Virus record (IMG/VR): IMGVR_UViG_3300006045_000004
Location: 90,180 to 135,897 of that record
Length of the DNA: 45,718 bases
Origin: a virus
Direction: 5' to 3' (one strand)
A program made the translations under genes and the position numbers. Below are positions 16,656 through 25,931 of this stretch, in pieces (positions within the stretch are counted from its first letter, which is position 1; each line of letters opens with the position of its first letter). The notes beneath the pieces are model-generated. The model did not search any database. It saw only the letters and a list, made by a program, of their open reading frames with translations, and was not told the DNA's origin.

Positions 16656-19069
16656 TGGATAACAAAAAATTTCTAAAAAAACTTTGTAATATTGGAGCAA
16701 ATAAAAAAAATATTGATTTATCTGACAAAGTTTACAAAAAAAGATTTGAAGAAGAATATAATCTTATAATAGATAATGATTTAGAAGATTTTTTTCTTAA
16801 CACAAGCTTTATAATTAATAAAATAAAAGATAAAGGAATTTTTGTATCTAATGGCAGAGGTAGTAGTGGAGGAAGCTTACTGCTTCACTTACTTAACATT
16901 ACTCATGTAGACCCAATTAAATATAACTTATCATTCTCTCGTTTTTTAAACAAAGCAAGAGTAGAAACAGGAAATCTTCCAGATGTAGATAGTGATATAC
17001 CTACATCAAAAAGAAGAGAAGTTCTTGAAATGGTTAAAAATGATTTTGGTCATGACCGTGTTTATGAAATAGTTAATTTTAATAGAGTCAGTCCAAAAGT
17101 AGCATTTAAAGATATATCAAGAGCATTAGGAATTGATTTTGCAGAAGTAAATAATTTAACAAAACAAATTAACAAAGATGATTCATTGGAAGATGTATTA
17201 AAAATGGATATTGTTAAGAGTTTTTTAGAAAAATATCCTGATGTAGAAATGTTTTTACCTAAGATAAATGGATTAGTTCGTGCATGGGGTCGTCATGCAG
17301 GAGGATTAGCCATATTTCCACAACCTATATGGAATTATATGGGTACTGTTAAAACAGGTGATTATTATTGTACTTCATTAGATAAATCATTAGAAGGAAA
17401 AGGATTTATTAAAAATGATTTACTTGGAATAGAGGTTACAGATGTTATTTCTGACACATTAGATATGATTAATGAACAAATACCTGATAATTATGAAGAC
17501 CCAAAAGTTTTTGAAACTATATCAAAATATCCATTAGGTATATTTCAACTTCAAAATAACTCTGGTATGAAGTATTTGAAAGAAACTAATGTTGTTGATT
17601 TTGAAGATTTAGTAGCAAGTATTGCTATTATTCGTCCTGGTCCTTCTCAAGCTGGTGAAAAGGATAAATATATTGAATTTAAAGATAATCCTGATTTAGT
17701 TTCTTATGAGCATCCTGATTTAGAACCTGTATTATCTTCTACTAATGGTATTATTACTTATCAAGAACAGGTTATGGGTATTTCTAAGGTGTTTGGTGGT
17801 TTTGATGATGTTCAAGCTGATTTTCTTAGAAAAGCTATTGCTAAAAAGAAACCTGAAATGTTAGTGGAGTTTGAAGGAAAATTTAAAGATGGTGCTATGG
17901 GTAGATATGAAGATGAACTTGTTAATAGATTATGGGATATGATTAATGGTTGTGGAGACTATTTATTTGTTCTTTCTCATAGTTTGTTTTATGCTATGTT
18001 GGCTTATCAATGTGGTTGGTTGAAAACTTATTATCCAAAAGAGTTTTTGATTTCTTTGGCTAATCATTCTAATGATGTAAAGAGAGTTAGTGTTTTTAAC
18101 GAGATTAAAGAAAGGAATATTAATGTTCTTAATCCACATATAAATAAAAGTAAAGAGAAAACTTATCTTGATGATGAAGGAAATATTGTTTTAGGTTTTT
18201 CTTCTGTTAAAGGTATTGGTGTTAAAGCTATTCAATCTATTATATCTAAGCAACCTTATAATTCTTTTAATGACTTTATGAGTAGGAGAACTCCAAGACA
18301 AGTTAATAGTAAAGTTGTTAAAGCTTTGATTGAAGCTGGTGCTTTTGATAAGTTTGGTGACAGAAGAGATGATTTATATCATCGTGTTAGTGATGAGGAG
18401 TATCATGAATGGAGTATTCAGGAAATGTTACTTCGTGAATATAAGAAGCTTAAATTAAGTCCTTCACAAAACCTTATAGATTACTATAAAGATGAAATTA
18501 CAGGTATAGAAGTGTTTCCACTTAATAATATTCCAGATGAAGATATTGAAGAATTATATATACAAGGACTTGTTAATGATTTTACAGTTAAAGAAACATT
18601 TAACATACTTGAAATAAGTGATGGAACAACTACTGCTGGTCTTTTTGTAGACGATATAGTTAAAGAAAGATATTTTGCAGAATTAAACGAAATTGGAAAA
18701 CCTGTTCTAATAAAATGTAGCCAATACAATAATAATTTATCACTTAGTTTTATCATTGATTTAGAAAATAAGGAAAACATTAAATACAAACGACAACTAA
18801 GATATATTAAAAATGAATATGAACATAAGTTAGAAGCTTTAAATGACCGTAATGATGGGTTAGAATATAGTGTAATTAAAAAACTTAGATACTTTAAGAG
18901 TAAAAAAGGAACTAACTGTGTTAGAATAGATGGATATCATGGTAAAGATGTTGAAATTATGAGTTGTTTATCTAACTTTGGACAACCATATCCAAATATG
19001 ATAGCTGGTGATATTATTAAATATAGAGTTCGTAATAAACCTTTTAGTGATATTTATGGCTGCTTATAA
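16655..19069 (+). CDS. dnaE: DNA polymerase III alpha (family C) catalytic subunit
   Basis: GRGSSGGS, LPDVDSD, GRHAGG, KNDLLG, IFQL, YQEQVM, LKTYYP, HhH VKGIG. Confidence 0.93.
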   Translation: MDNKKFLKKLCNIGANKKNIDLSDKVYKKRFEEEYNLIIDNDLEDFFLNTSFIINKIKDKGIFVSNGRGSSGGSLLLHLLNITHVDPIKYNLSFSRFLNKARVETGNLPDVDSDIPTSKRREVLEMVKNDFGHDRVYEIVNFNRVSPKVAFKDISRALGIDFAEVNNLTKQINKDDSLEDVLKMDIVKSFLEKYPDVEMFLPKINGLVRAWGRHAGGLAIFPQPIWNYMGTVKTGDYYCTSLDKSLEGKGFIKNDLLGIEVTDVISDTLDMINEQIPDNYEDPKVFETISKYPLGIFQLQNNSGMKYLKETNVVDFEDLVASIAIIRPGPSQAGEKDKYIEFKDNPDLVSYEHPDLEPVLSSTNGIITYQEQVMGISKVFGGFDDVQADFLRKAIAKKKPEMLVEFEGKFKDGAMGRYEDELVNRLWDMINGCGDYLFVLSHSLFYAMLAYQCGWLKTYYPKEFLISLANHSNDVKRVSVFNEIKERNINVLNPHINKSKEKTYLDDEGNIVLGFSSVKGIGVKAIQSIISKQPYNSFNDFMSRRTPRQVNSKVVKALIEAGAFDKFGDRRDDLYHRVSDEEYHEWSIQEMLLREYKKLKLSPSQNLIDYYKDEITGIEVFPLNNIPDEDIEELYIQGLVNDFTVKETFNILEISDGTTTAGLFVDDIVKERYFAELNEIGKPVLIKCSQYNNNLSLSFIIDLENKENIKYKRQLRYIKNEYEHKLEALNDRNDGLEYSVIKKLRYFKSKKGTNCVRIDGYHGKDVEIMSCLSNFGQPYPNMIAGDIIKYRVRNKPFSDIYGCL

Positions 19070-19197
19070 TGTTCATGATGTTAATAAAGTTCAAAGAATT
19101 GTAACTAAAAGGCATGAAGAGCGAATAAGAAAAATGATGGAAATCGAAAAATCTATTAGTGATAAGAAAATGAAACTTTTATTAGAGGTGTGTTTAA

Positions 19198-19935
19198 ATG
19201 AGATTAAGTAAGTCTAAAATTAATACTTTTCAGCAATGTCCTCGGAAATTTCGTTATATTTATGTAGACGAATTACCAAGAGCTGAACCAGATGATGAGT
19301 CTCCATTAACTATTGGTACAGAGATACATAATATATTTGAAGAGTTTCTTAAAGATGTTGATTTAGAATGGTTTAGTAGTATAGGTAGTGCTGGTCAACT
19401 TAATATTATTAAAGAGTATGATATTGATAATAAGTATATAAGTCATTTGAGAAATTTTTTAGTTTTTCTTAATGATATTATAGATGATGGATATAATATT
19501 TTAGGTTGTGAACCTCATTTTGAATCAAGTGAATTAAATTTACATGGTTATTTAGATTTGGTTCTTGAAAAGGATGGTAAGCTTACTGTTATTGATTATA
19601 AAACTGGTAAAGCAAAGGCAATTACAGAGTTTCGTCTTGAGCTGATTTATTATGCTCTTCTTGCTCAAAAAGAATTAAATTTACCTGTTGAGATGGTTGG
19701 TATTTTCTTTTCTAAAACTGGACATTTAAAGTTAGCTAATTTTATTGAAGAGCCAGATAAAGGGGCTTGGATAAGTTATGAGGATGTGCAGTCTGCTGTT
19801 CTTTATTTGAAAGAAGTTGAGAGGAAGATAGAAGAAGAAGATTTTAGATTCAAAACGAATTGGCTTTGTGATTATTGTGATTATCAAACTGAATGTAGAG
19901 AAGAGGGATATCAAGAGTATGGTGTGTTTGAATGA
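19198..19935 (+). CDS. Cas4/RecB-like PD-(D/E)XK exonuclease
   Basis: CPRKF, GTEIH, GYLD, IDYKTG, CDYCDYQTEC. Confidence 0.88.
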   Translation: MRLSKSKINTFQQCPRKFRYIYVDELPRAEPDDESPLTIGTEIHNIFEEFLKDVDLEWFSSIGSAGQLNIIKEYDIDNKYISHLRNFLVFLNDIIDDGYNILGCEPHFESSELNLHGYLDLVLEKDGKLTVIDYKTGKAKAITEFRLELIYYALLAQKELNLPVEMVGIFFSKTGHLKLANFIEEPDKGAWISYEDVQSAVLYLKEVERKIEEEDFRFKTNWLCDYCDYQTECREEGYQEYGVFE

Positions 19936-20504
19936 GTTTAATAACTTATGAATGGGATTATGAAAAAATGATTGATTTGTTAGAAAATCATTTTAAATAC
20001 TATACCAAGTTAGATAATGATTTAAAAAATTATTTAATAAAAGAAGTTGTAATGAACCGAGCTATGTTTCATAGAGATAAAAATAATGAAACAATAAATC
20101 ATTGTAAAATGTGTGGTAAGTGTTGTCGTAAACAAAGGTGTTTTAATCTTGATGAGAATAACAAATGTATTGAGCATGGTACTTCAAATTATTCTTTTCT
20201 TTGTTCAGAATATCCATATATGGAAAGGGAAGATGGTGAGGGTTTTGATGTTTATGTTGATACAGATTGTTATTTTAGTCGTAAGGTTTTAATAGATAGA
20301 TGTGAAGCTATATTTCGTATTTCTATTGAAGCTAAGGAAAAAGTTGTTAATCCTACAATTTCTAATTTAACTTATACTTTTGAGGAGCTACAAAGAGAAC
20401 TTAGAGATATGATGTCGGATAATATTGCTGAAATGTTAAGAAATGTTAGTTTTGAAAATTTAGAAAATGTAGAGTTTATAGGTGATGATGATGAAGAAAG
20501 TTGA
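19932..20504 (+). CDS. YkgJ/CxxCxxCC Fe-S/Zn-cluster protein
   Basis: CKMCGKCC...C..L..NNKC..H....C..YP. Confidence 0.75.
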   Translation: MSLITYEWDYEKMIDLLENHFKYYTKLDNDLKNYLIKEVVMNRAMFHRDKNNETINHCKMCGKCCRKQRCFNLDENNKCIEHGTSNYSFLCSEYPYMEREDGEGFDVYVDTDCYFSRKVLIDRCEAIFRISIEAKEKVVNPTISNLTYTFEELQRELRDMMSDNIAEMLRNVSFENLENVEFIGDDDEES

Positions 20505-21474
20505 GTTAATGGTATTTCCTAAAAGATTTAGAATGAATTTTAATAAAAATAGTTCTGAACTTAAAAGTATTATTAAACTTAATGGTAGTAGGAAGGAAAT
20601 GTATTTATCTGTTTATGATTTTAATGATGAAGTTGTTAAAGAAAATATTATTATTGATAAAATTTTTATTGATTTTGACCCAGAAAAAAATGATGAAGGT
20701 GAAATCATAGATGAAGAAAAACCTTTTGAAAATTGTAAAAAAGTAGCTAAATATCTTAAAGAAAAAGGTGTAAGTTTTTATGTTAGATTTTCAGGTAGGG
20801 GTTTTCATTTATATATAAGAACATTACCACATAATTATGAACATAATATTAATTCTAAAATTAAACAATATGTTAATGATTTAATGAATACTACTGATGC
20901 AACTTGTGACCGTCAGGTTGTTGGTGATTTAAGAAGAATGAGTCGTATTATAAATACAATAAACAAAAGGACAAATCTTTATTGTATTCCATTAACATAT
21001 GATGCTTTAATGAATTGTTCTTATGATAAAATAAAAGATGTTGCTGAGAAAAAAAGTTTTAGTGGTTCTGATAATATTAATTATGGTTATGCTGTTGATT
21101 TGTCAGATGTTGTTGTTCAAAAAGCACACAACTATATATATAATAAACAACAAAATATAAATCACAGTTTGAGTAATACTCAAATACCATTACCTCCGTG
21201 TTTATCAATTTTATTGAATAAGGCAGATATCAACTACAGAGAAAGATTTATGATTATAGTGTATGCAAGGGATATGGGATATACTGTTGATGAAGTAGAG
21301 AATTTTATAGAGGAAAATCTGTCAGAAGAGAAGTCTTTTCATTGTTTGCATGAAGAAAATCAGGTTCAATATTTATTTGATAGAGAAGATATCTTGTTTC
21401 CTGAATGTAATAGCTTAAGAAATGAAGGTTTTATTTGCACAGAAGAGTGTAATGGTGTTGATTTATACATTTAA
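20482..21474 (+). CDS. archaeo-eukaryotic primase, PriS catalytic domain fused to PriL-like C-terminal domain
   Basis: FIDFD, FSGRGFH, D..R.SR...T.N; then PPC, R.RF, PEC..L..EG.C...C. Confidence 0.85.
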   Translation: MMMMKKVELMVFPKRFRMNFNKNSSELKSIIKLNGSRKEMYLSVYDFNDEVVKENIIIDKIFIDFDPEKNDEGEIIDEEKPFENCKKVAKYLKEKGVSFYVRFSGRGFHLYIRTLPHNYEHNINSKIKQYVNDLMNTTDATCDRQVVGDLRRMSRIINTINKRTNLYCIPLTYDALMNCSYDKIKDVAEKKSFSGSDNINYGYAVDLSDVVVQKAHNYIYNKQQNINHSLSNTQIPLPPCLSILLNKADINYRERFMIIVYARDMGYTVDEVENFIEENLSEEKSFHCLHEENQVQYLFDREDILFPECNSLRNEGFICTEECNGVDLYI

Positions 21475-21479
21475 TAAGG

Positions 21480-22163
21480 ATGAGGTGTATGAGTAATATT
21501 AAAAAGGTTTTGGTTGATTATCGTGAAGTTTCTAATGGTATAGCTCAACAAAATTTCAAACAACAAATTATTAGTCATTTTGGTGAAGATAAAGTTTTTA
21601 TTGAAAGTCTTCCTATTGGTGATTTTGTTGTTATTCTTAATGATGGAACTGTATTTGTTGTTGAAAGAAAAGAAGACCTTGATTGGATTAGTTCTTGTAT
21701 TAAAAGAAGAGTTCAAAGTCAAGTTTTAAAGATGGTGGAAGCTTTTGACCATCGTTTTGTTATAATAATAGGAGACTATAAATCAATACAAAATAACAGA
21801 CAATATGTGAAGTTTAGTAAAAAACAATGGATATCCAATATGATTTCATTAGGTATAAGGTATAAAACTCCTGTTTATATGGTGGAAAGTAAGTTGGATT
21901 TCTTAAAAGCTATTGATAGTATAGCTAAGATGATTGATAGAGAAACTGAACCATTAGAAAAACCAAAAAATATAAAGAATACTGGTAATCCTAAAACAGA
22001 TATTTTGGGTGCAGTTCCTGGTATTGGTAAGAAAAAAAGTGAAAAACTTTTGTTAAAATTTGGTAGTATTAAAAATATAATTAATTCTTCGGCAGATAAG
22101 ATATCAGAAGTGAATGGTGTGAGTAAAAATAATGCTGAAGAAATATTGCGGTGGTTTAATTAA
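21480..22163 (+). CDS. XPF/ERCC4 structure-specific nuclease with HhH2 domain
   Basis: VDYRE, LPIGDF, VERK; VPGIGKK HhH. Confidence 0.9.
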   Translation: MRCMSNIKKVLVDYREVSNGIAQQNFKQQIISHFGEDKVFIESLPIGDFVVILNDGTVFVVERKEDLDWISSCIKRRVQSQVLKMVEAFDHRFVIIIGDYKSIQNNRQYVKFSKKQWISNMISLGIRYKTPVYMVESKLDFLKAIDSIAKMIDRETEPLEKPKNIKNTGNPKTDILGAVPGIGKKKSEKLLLKFGSIKNIINSSADKISEVNGVSKNNAEEILRWFN

Positions 22164-22178
22164 ATAAGGTGATAGATA

Positions 22179-22430
22179 ATGGTAAAGAGAATTGAAATTG
22201 ATGAAGATGAAATAATAGATATGATTAAGAGTAATATGAGTTTTGGTGAAATATCAACACATTATAAAACAACTACTCCAACAATCAGTAAATTCGTAAA
22301 AGATTTAAGAAATCGTAGAGATGATATTCCTGAGGTTAGAACAGGCAGAAGAGCTGGTACATTTAATGCTCCACTTAAACCTTTTATGAGGGAGTTGTAT
22401 AATAGAGTAATGGATATAGAGGTGGAGTGA
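22179..22430 (+). CDS. small HTH protein
   Basis: MSFGEISTHYKTTTPTISK pattern. Confidence 0.55.
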   Translation: MVKRIEIDEDEIIDMIKSNMSFGEISTHYKTTTPTISKFVKDLRNRRDDIPEVRTGRRAGTFNAPLKPFMRELYNRVMDIEVE

Positions 22431-22431
22431 A

Positions 22432-23109
22432 ATGATGGATTTAAAAATTCAACATTTAAAACTTTTGGTAGATGCAAGACAAACATTATTAAATGGTAAA
22501 AATGCAAATACAGCAAGATTAAATTACCTAAGAAGAAAAGGTAATATAAGTGAAGAAGGTGCTAATTTTCTTCAAGAACAAGGTATTGAACCGTTTGAAG
22601 AACCACTTTCTAAGTTTCGAGTAAAGATTATTGATATTCTTAATTTTATACCTGTATATCAGGATTATTTAAAGGATATTAGTGGTGTGTCTGCTTTTGA
22701 TTGTGCTAATTTAATTATACTTGTAGAGGATATTGAAAGGTTTGGTTATTTAAATCAATTTAAAGCATACTGTGGAGTTACACCTGTTGTTGAGTGTCAT
22801 GGTAGGGTACATAAGATGAGAAAAGGTGTTGATTATTCTGATTGTATTGTTATTGGTGATGAAAGAGCTAAGATAAAAAGTGTTTCTTATAATGAAAGAA
22901 TTAAAATTTTAATGAGTAAAATTATAAATCAATTAATTAAGTATAATGAAGATTATATGGATGCTTATAATGTTTTGTGGGAGCAAGAAAGAGTTAAGGC
23001 ATCTAATATAACTAAAAAGCATGTAAATAATCGTGTTAAAAGAAAGTTAGCTCAGAAATTTTTGAAAGAGTTTTATATACAATGGAAAGAATTAAATAAA
23101 GGTGTTTAA
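22432..23109 (+). CDS. IS110-C-terminal/Nop-like domain protein lacking the DEDD RuvC domain
   Basis: YLKDISGVS..DCANLI...DIERF....QFKAYCGVTP, YN..IK, H...R..RKL...FL. Confidence 0.65.
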   Translation: MMDLKIQHLKLLVDARQTLLNGKNANTARLNYLRRKGNISEEGANFLQEQGIEPFEEPLSKFRVKIIDILNFIPVYQDYLKDISGVSAFDCANLIILVEDIERFGYLNQFKAYCGVTPVVECHGRVHKMRKGVDYSDCIVIGDERAKIKSVSYNERIKILMSKIINQLIKYNEDYMDAYNVLWEQERVKASNITKKHVNNRVKRKLAQKFLKEFYIQWKELNKGV

Positions 23110-23725
23110 TATGAAATCTGCTTATACTGGTGGTGAGTTAAATATACTTAATGGTCAAGCTGGTGTTAGTGCACCAGGTAATTCTGTTCCTGTTATGAAG
23201 CTTATTAGAACTCATAATCCCAAAAGTGCTTCAGAACTTGAAATGTTGATAGAAGAACATTATGTTAATGATTGTGAGTGTGGTATTAAAAGTAAGGGTA
23301 GTGTTTTAGATTTTGGAAAAAATTTATATAATGCTCAAAAAATATATTGGGGAGAATATAAATATTCTCTTGATGAGTGTATTATGTGGGAATATAATCT
23401 TTTTATTTCACAAAGTTTAAAAGGTTGTATTGCTGAAACTGAGTGTAAAAAATTAATAGAAGAAAATTTAAAACAAAACTTTAGTGTAAGAGATTCTAAT
23501 GCTTATATTGATGAGGAATTAAGGGTTGATTTGGAAATTCTAAAAGATAATGAAGTTATTTGTGGAATTCAAATAAAGCCCAAGACATTTAAGAATGTTA
23601 GAGAAAATGTTATAAATTTTAATAAAAAAATGAACACAAAATATCCATACCCAGTACATTATGTGTTTTATGATGACGAGGGTATGTTTATTAATTTAGA
23701 GAGTATTTGTGAGGAGTTAGTATGA
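23102..23725 (+). CDS. MjaI-like restriction endonuclease
   Basis: N..AG...P......LI N-terminus, SLKG...E, VD...IQIKP PD-(Q/E)xK core. Confidence 0.55.
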   Translation: MFNMKSAYTGGELNILNGQAGVSAPGNSVPVMKLIRTHNPKSASELEMLIEEHYVNDCECGIKSKGSVLDFGKNLYNAQKIYWGEYKYSLDECIMWEYNLFISQSLKGCIAETECKKLIEENLKQNFSVRDSNAYIDEELRVDLEILKDNEVICGIQIKPKTFKNVRENVINFNKKMNTKYPYPVHYVFYDDEGMFINLESICEELV

Positions 23726-24219
23726 TTTTAGGTGAAGTAGATTTAGTGAGAATGTATCCAGAGTTTAAAGATGATGTTCAGCCAGCTGGTATTGATTTAA
23801 GATGTGGTGAGTTGTTCCATCTTAGAAATTCAAGTGATGTTGGAATGTATGATAATAAAAAGTTTTTACCAAAACAGGTGTCTGTTGCTACTGGAAAGAA
23901 ACAAATTAAGAATGGTGTTTTAGTTGATGGTTGGTATCTTGCTCCTGGTGCTTCTTATATTATTAGTGTTGATAGGAAAATAAAAATACCAGAGGGAGTG
24001 GCACAATTATATTATCCTCGTAGTAGTTTGCTTAGGGGTGGAGTTACTCTTGACACAGCTGTTGGTGACCCTGGTTTTAATGGTACTCTTAGTTTTCTTA
24101 TAAGAAATGAAGGCGAAGGTAGTTTTTTCTTAGGTAAGGGAGAAAGATTCTGTCAAGCTTTAAGTTATGAAGTATGGAGAGGAGGCAAATATGATGGCGA
24201 TTACCAAGAATCAGAATAG
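23722..24219 (+). CDS. trimeric dUTPase / dCTP deaminase
   Basis: QPAGIDL, PRSSLLR, DPGFNG, GERFCQ, Y.G.YQ. Confidence 0.88.
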   Translation: MILGEVDLVRMYPEFKDDVQPAGIDLRCGELFHLRNSSDVGMYDNKKFLPKQVSVATGKKQIKNGVLVDGWYLAPGASYIISVDRKIKIPEGVAQLYYPRSSLLRGGVTLDTAVGDPGFNGTLSFLIRNEGEGSFFLGKGERFCQALSYEVWRGGKYDGDYQESE

Positions 24220-24349
24220 ATATATTGTGCCATCTCCAATTTTTTGTGATTGTGGATTGCCTTTATTTTTTGATGATGAGAAAGAATACAACGACGATGA
24301 TTTTATAGAATGTCCTTATTGTAAAACAGCATGGGTTGTGACTGTATGA
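24167..24349 (+). CDS. small zinc-ribbon protein
   Basis: CDCG...CPYC; real start probably a downstream ATG. Confidence 0.55.
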   Translation: MKYGEEANMMAITKNQNRYIVPSPIFCDCGLPLFFDDEKEYNDDDFIECPYCKTAWVVTV

Positions 24350-24813
24350 AAAATGAAATATTTAATGAAGAAGATTTAAAAAGTATAGTAGAAAACCTTA
24401 ATGAATGTTTTAATAAAGAATATGGTCAAGCTTATATTCTTGAAATATATAATGCAGGACAGCACATAAATATTAGTATTAAAAGTAAAAATTTTGATGA
24501 TGGTTTTGGATGGCAATCTAATCATCAAATAGTAACATTAGATATTGATAATCAAGATAATAAAAGTGTTTGTGATGCAATAAAAGAAGGAAAAGATTTA
24601 ATTAAAAAATCAGTTGATGAATTGGAAAAAGTTAGTTTTTATGATGATTTAATAAAAGATTTAAACAAAAGAAAATTATTAGTTCTTGATAAAATTAAAG
24701 AACAAATATCAGATTCTTATATGCCTGAAAAAAGTCTTGATGAAGAGCTTGTACATTTATCAAATATGATTCAAGATATTGATAAAAAGTATTTAAGTAG
24801 GTGGAGTGTTTAG
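24331..24813 (+). CDS. hypothetical protein
   Basis: 160-aa ORF in operon. Confidence 0.6.
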   Translation: MGCDCMKNEIFNEEDLKSIVENLNECFNKEYGQAYILEIYNAGQHINISIKSKNFDDGFGWQSNHQIVTLDIDNQDNKSVCDAIKEGKDLIKKSVDELEKVSFYDDLIKDLNKRKLLVLDKIKEQISDSYMPEKSLDEELVHLSNMIQDIDKKYLSRWSV

Positions 24814-24986
24814 TTATGGATATAGATAGTGTTATTGGTAATAAACTTCAAAAAGTTTGGAATGAGTTAGATGATATTGAAGAAATAGTTAAGGAGACTG
24901 ATTTAGAAGATAATATTTCTAAGGTTAAGTCTGATGTTAATAGTATTATAACAAATATTATTAGAAAAAAAGTTTTAAAGGAGTAG
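24801..24986 (+). CDS. hypothetical coiled-coil protein
   Basis: 61-aa ORF in operon. Confidence 0.5.
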   Translation: MECLVMDIDSVIGNKLQKVWNELDDIEEIVKETDLEDNISKVKSDVNSIITNIIRKKVLKE

Positions 24987-24992
24987 GTATTT

Positions 24993-25277
24993 GTGCCGAG
25001 TGAAGAACAGAAAGTATATATGGATTTGGTAAGTGATGCATTTAATGATGATAAGGTTAAGCAGTTATTGGTTTTAGTTCAGCTTGATGATGATTATGCT
25101 CGTAATAATGGAACTATTGGTTTTGCTGAGGGTGAGAATAAGATGATTATTGAGTTTAATGATTCTAATACACAGGATGCTGATGATTTAATTGATTCTT
25201 CTTTATCTGCTATTGATGGTCATGAGAATAAATATCCTTTGTTAACAAGGATAAAGAATAAAATTAAGGGCTTATAG
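24993..25277 (+). CDS. hypothetical protein
   Basis: 94-aa ORF; 3' end overlaps tRNA-Arg. Confidence 0.55.
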   Translation: MPSEEQKVYMDLVSDAFNDDKVKQLLVLVQLDDDYARNNGTIGFAEGENKMIIEFNDSNTQDADDLIDSSLSAIDGHENKYPLLTRIKNKIKGL

Positions 25278-25341
25278 TATAATTAGGATAGTATAGAGAG
25301 CTACGAACTCTTTGATGGGGGTTCAAATCCCTCTAAGCTCA
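25268..25341 (+). tRNA. tRNA-Arg(ACG)
   Basis: GGGCTTA/TAAGCTC acceptor, GAGAG-CTACGAA-CTCTT, GGGGG-TTCAAAT-CCCTC. Confidence 0.85.
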
Positions 25342-25345
25342 TTAG

Positions 25346-25582
25346 GTGATATGTATGGCTCAGAAAAGTACAACAGCTTCTTTAATTAAAAAAAACAAAT
25401 GTTATTGTTTAAGACAACAAAAAGTAGTTGCATTGTCAAAATGTGATATGTTTAATTGCAATAGAGAAAAGAAGTGTCGCCAAAAATCGAATCGAGACTA
25501 TAGTAAATCTTTAAAGAAGGGAAATAATAGTGGACAAAGAAGAAAGAAAGCGAAAGGACAGAATACGACAACAAAAAAATAG
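25346..25582 (+). CDS. small basic Cys-rich protein
   Basis: AGGTGA SD, ATG 25355. Confidence 0.45.
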   Translation: MICMAQKSTTASLIKKNKCYCLRQQKVVALSKCDMFNCNREKKCRQKSNRDYSKSLKKGNNSGQRRKKAKGQNTTTKK

Positions 25583-25931
25583 AGAAAAAAAGCGAAAATA
25601 TGTAATGGAGTATAAAGAAAGAAGTTGTTGTGCGGTATGTGGAGTTTGTAATGCTTTGATAATGGATTTTCATCATATTGACTCTAAATATAATAGTGTT
25701 TCTCGTATTGTTAATAATAATAACTCATTAGAAACATTGAAAAAAGAAATAAATAAGTGTGTAACTATTTGTGGTAATTGTCATAGGTGTTTACATATGG
25801 ATAATGATTTTTATAAAAATTCTGATATAAAGCATTTGAAAGGAAAAGTTATAGAACCATTTGAAGCAATTGCATATGGTAGGATAAAAATTTCTAAATA
25901 TTGGGAACAAAAATGTTTTAAAAAGAGGTGA
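25530..25931 (+). CDS. zinc-binding HNH endonuclease
   Basis: CAVCG...DFHH...KCVTICGNCH. Confidence 0.8.
   Translation: MDKEERKRKDRIRQQKNREKKRKYVMEYKERSCCAVCGVCNALIMDFHHIDSKYNSVSRIVNNNNSLETLKKEINKCVTICGNCHRCLHMDNDFYKNSDIKHLKGKVIEPFEAIAYGRIKISKYWEQKCFKKR

Noticed and set aside
16600-16660. Programmed frameshift, assembly error or split intein joining the DnaE halves
   Set aside because: TAATG coupling and a terminal PIP-like motif favour two proteins; no intein motifs. Not fully excluded without reads.
19198-19935. CRISPR-Cas locus
   Set aside because: Solo Cas4-like nuclease; no repeat-spacer array or other cas genes seen.
22432-23109. Active IS110 insertion sequence
   Set aside because: No DEDD domain and no non-coding ends; embedded in an operon.
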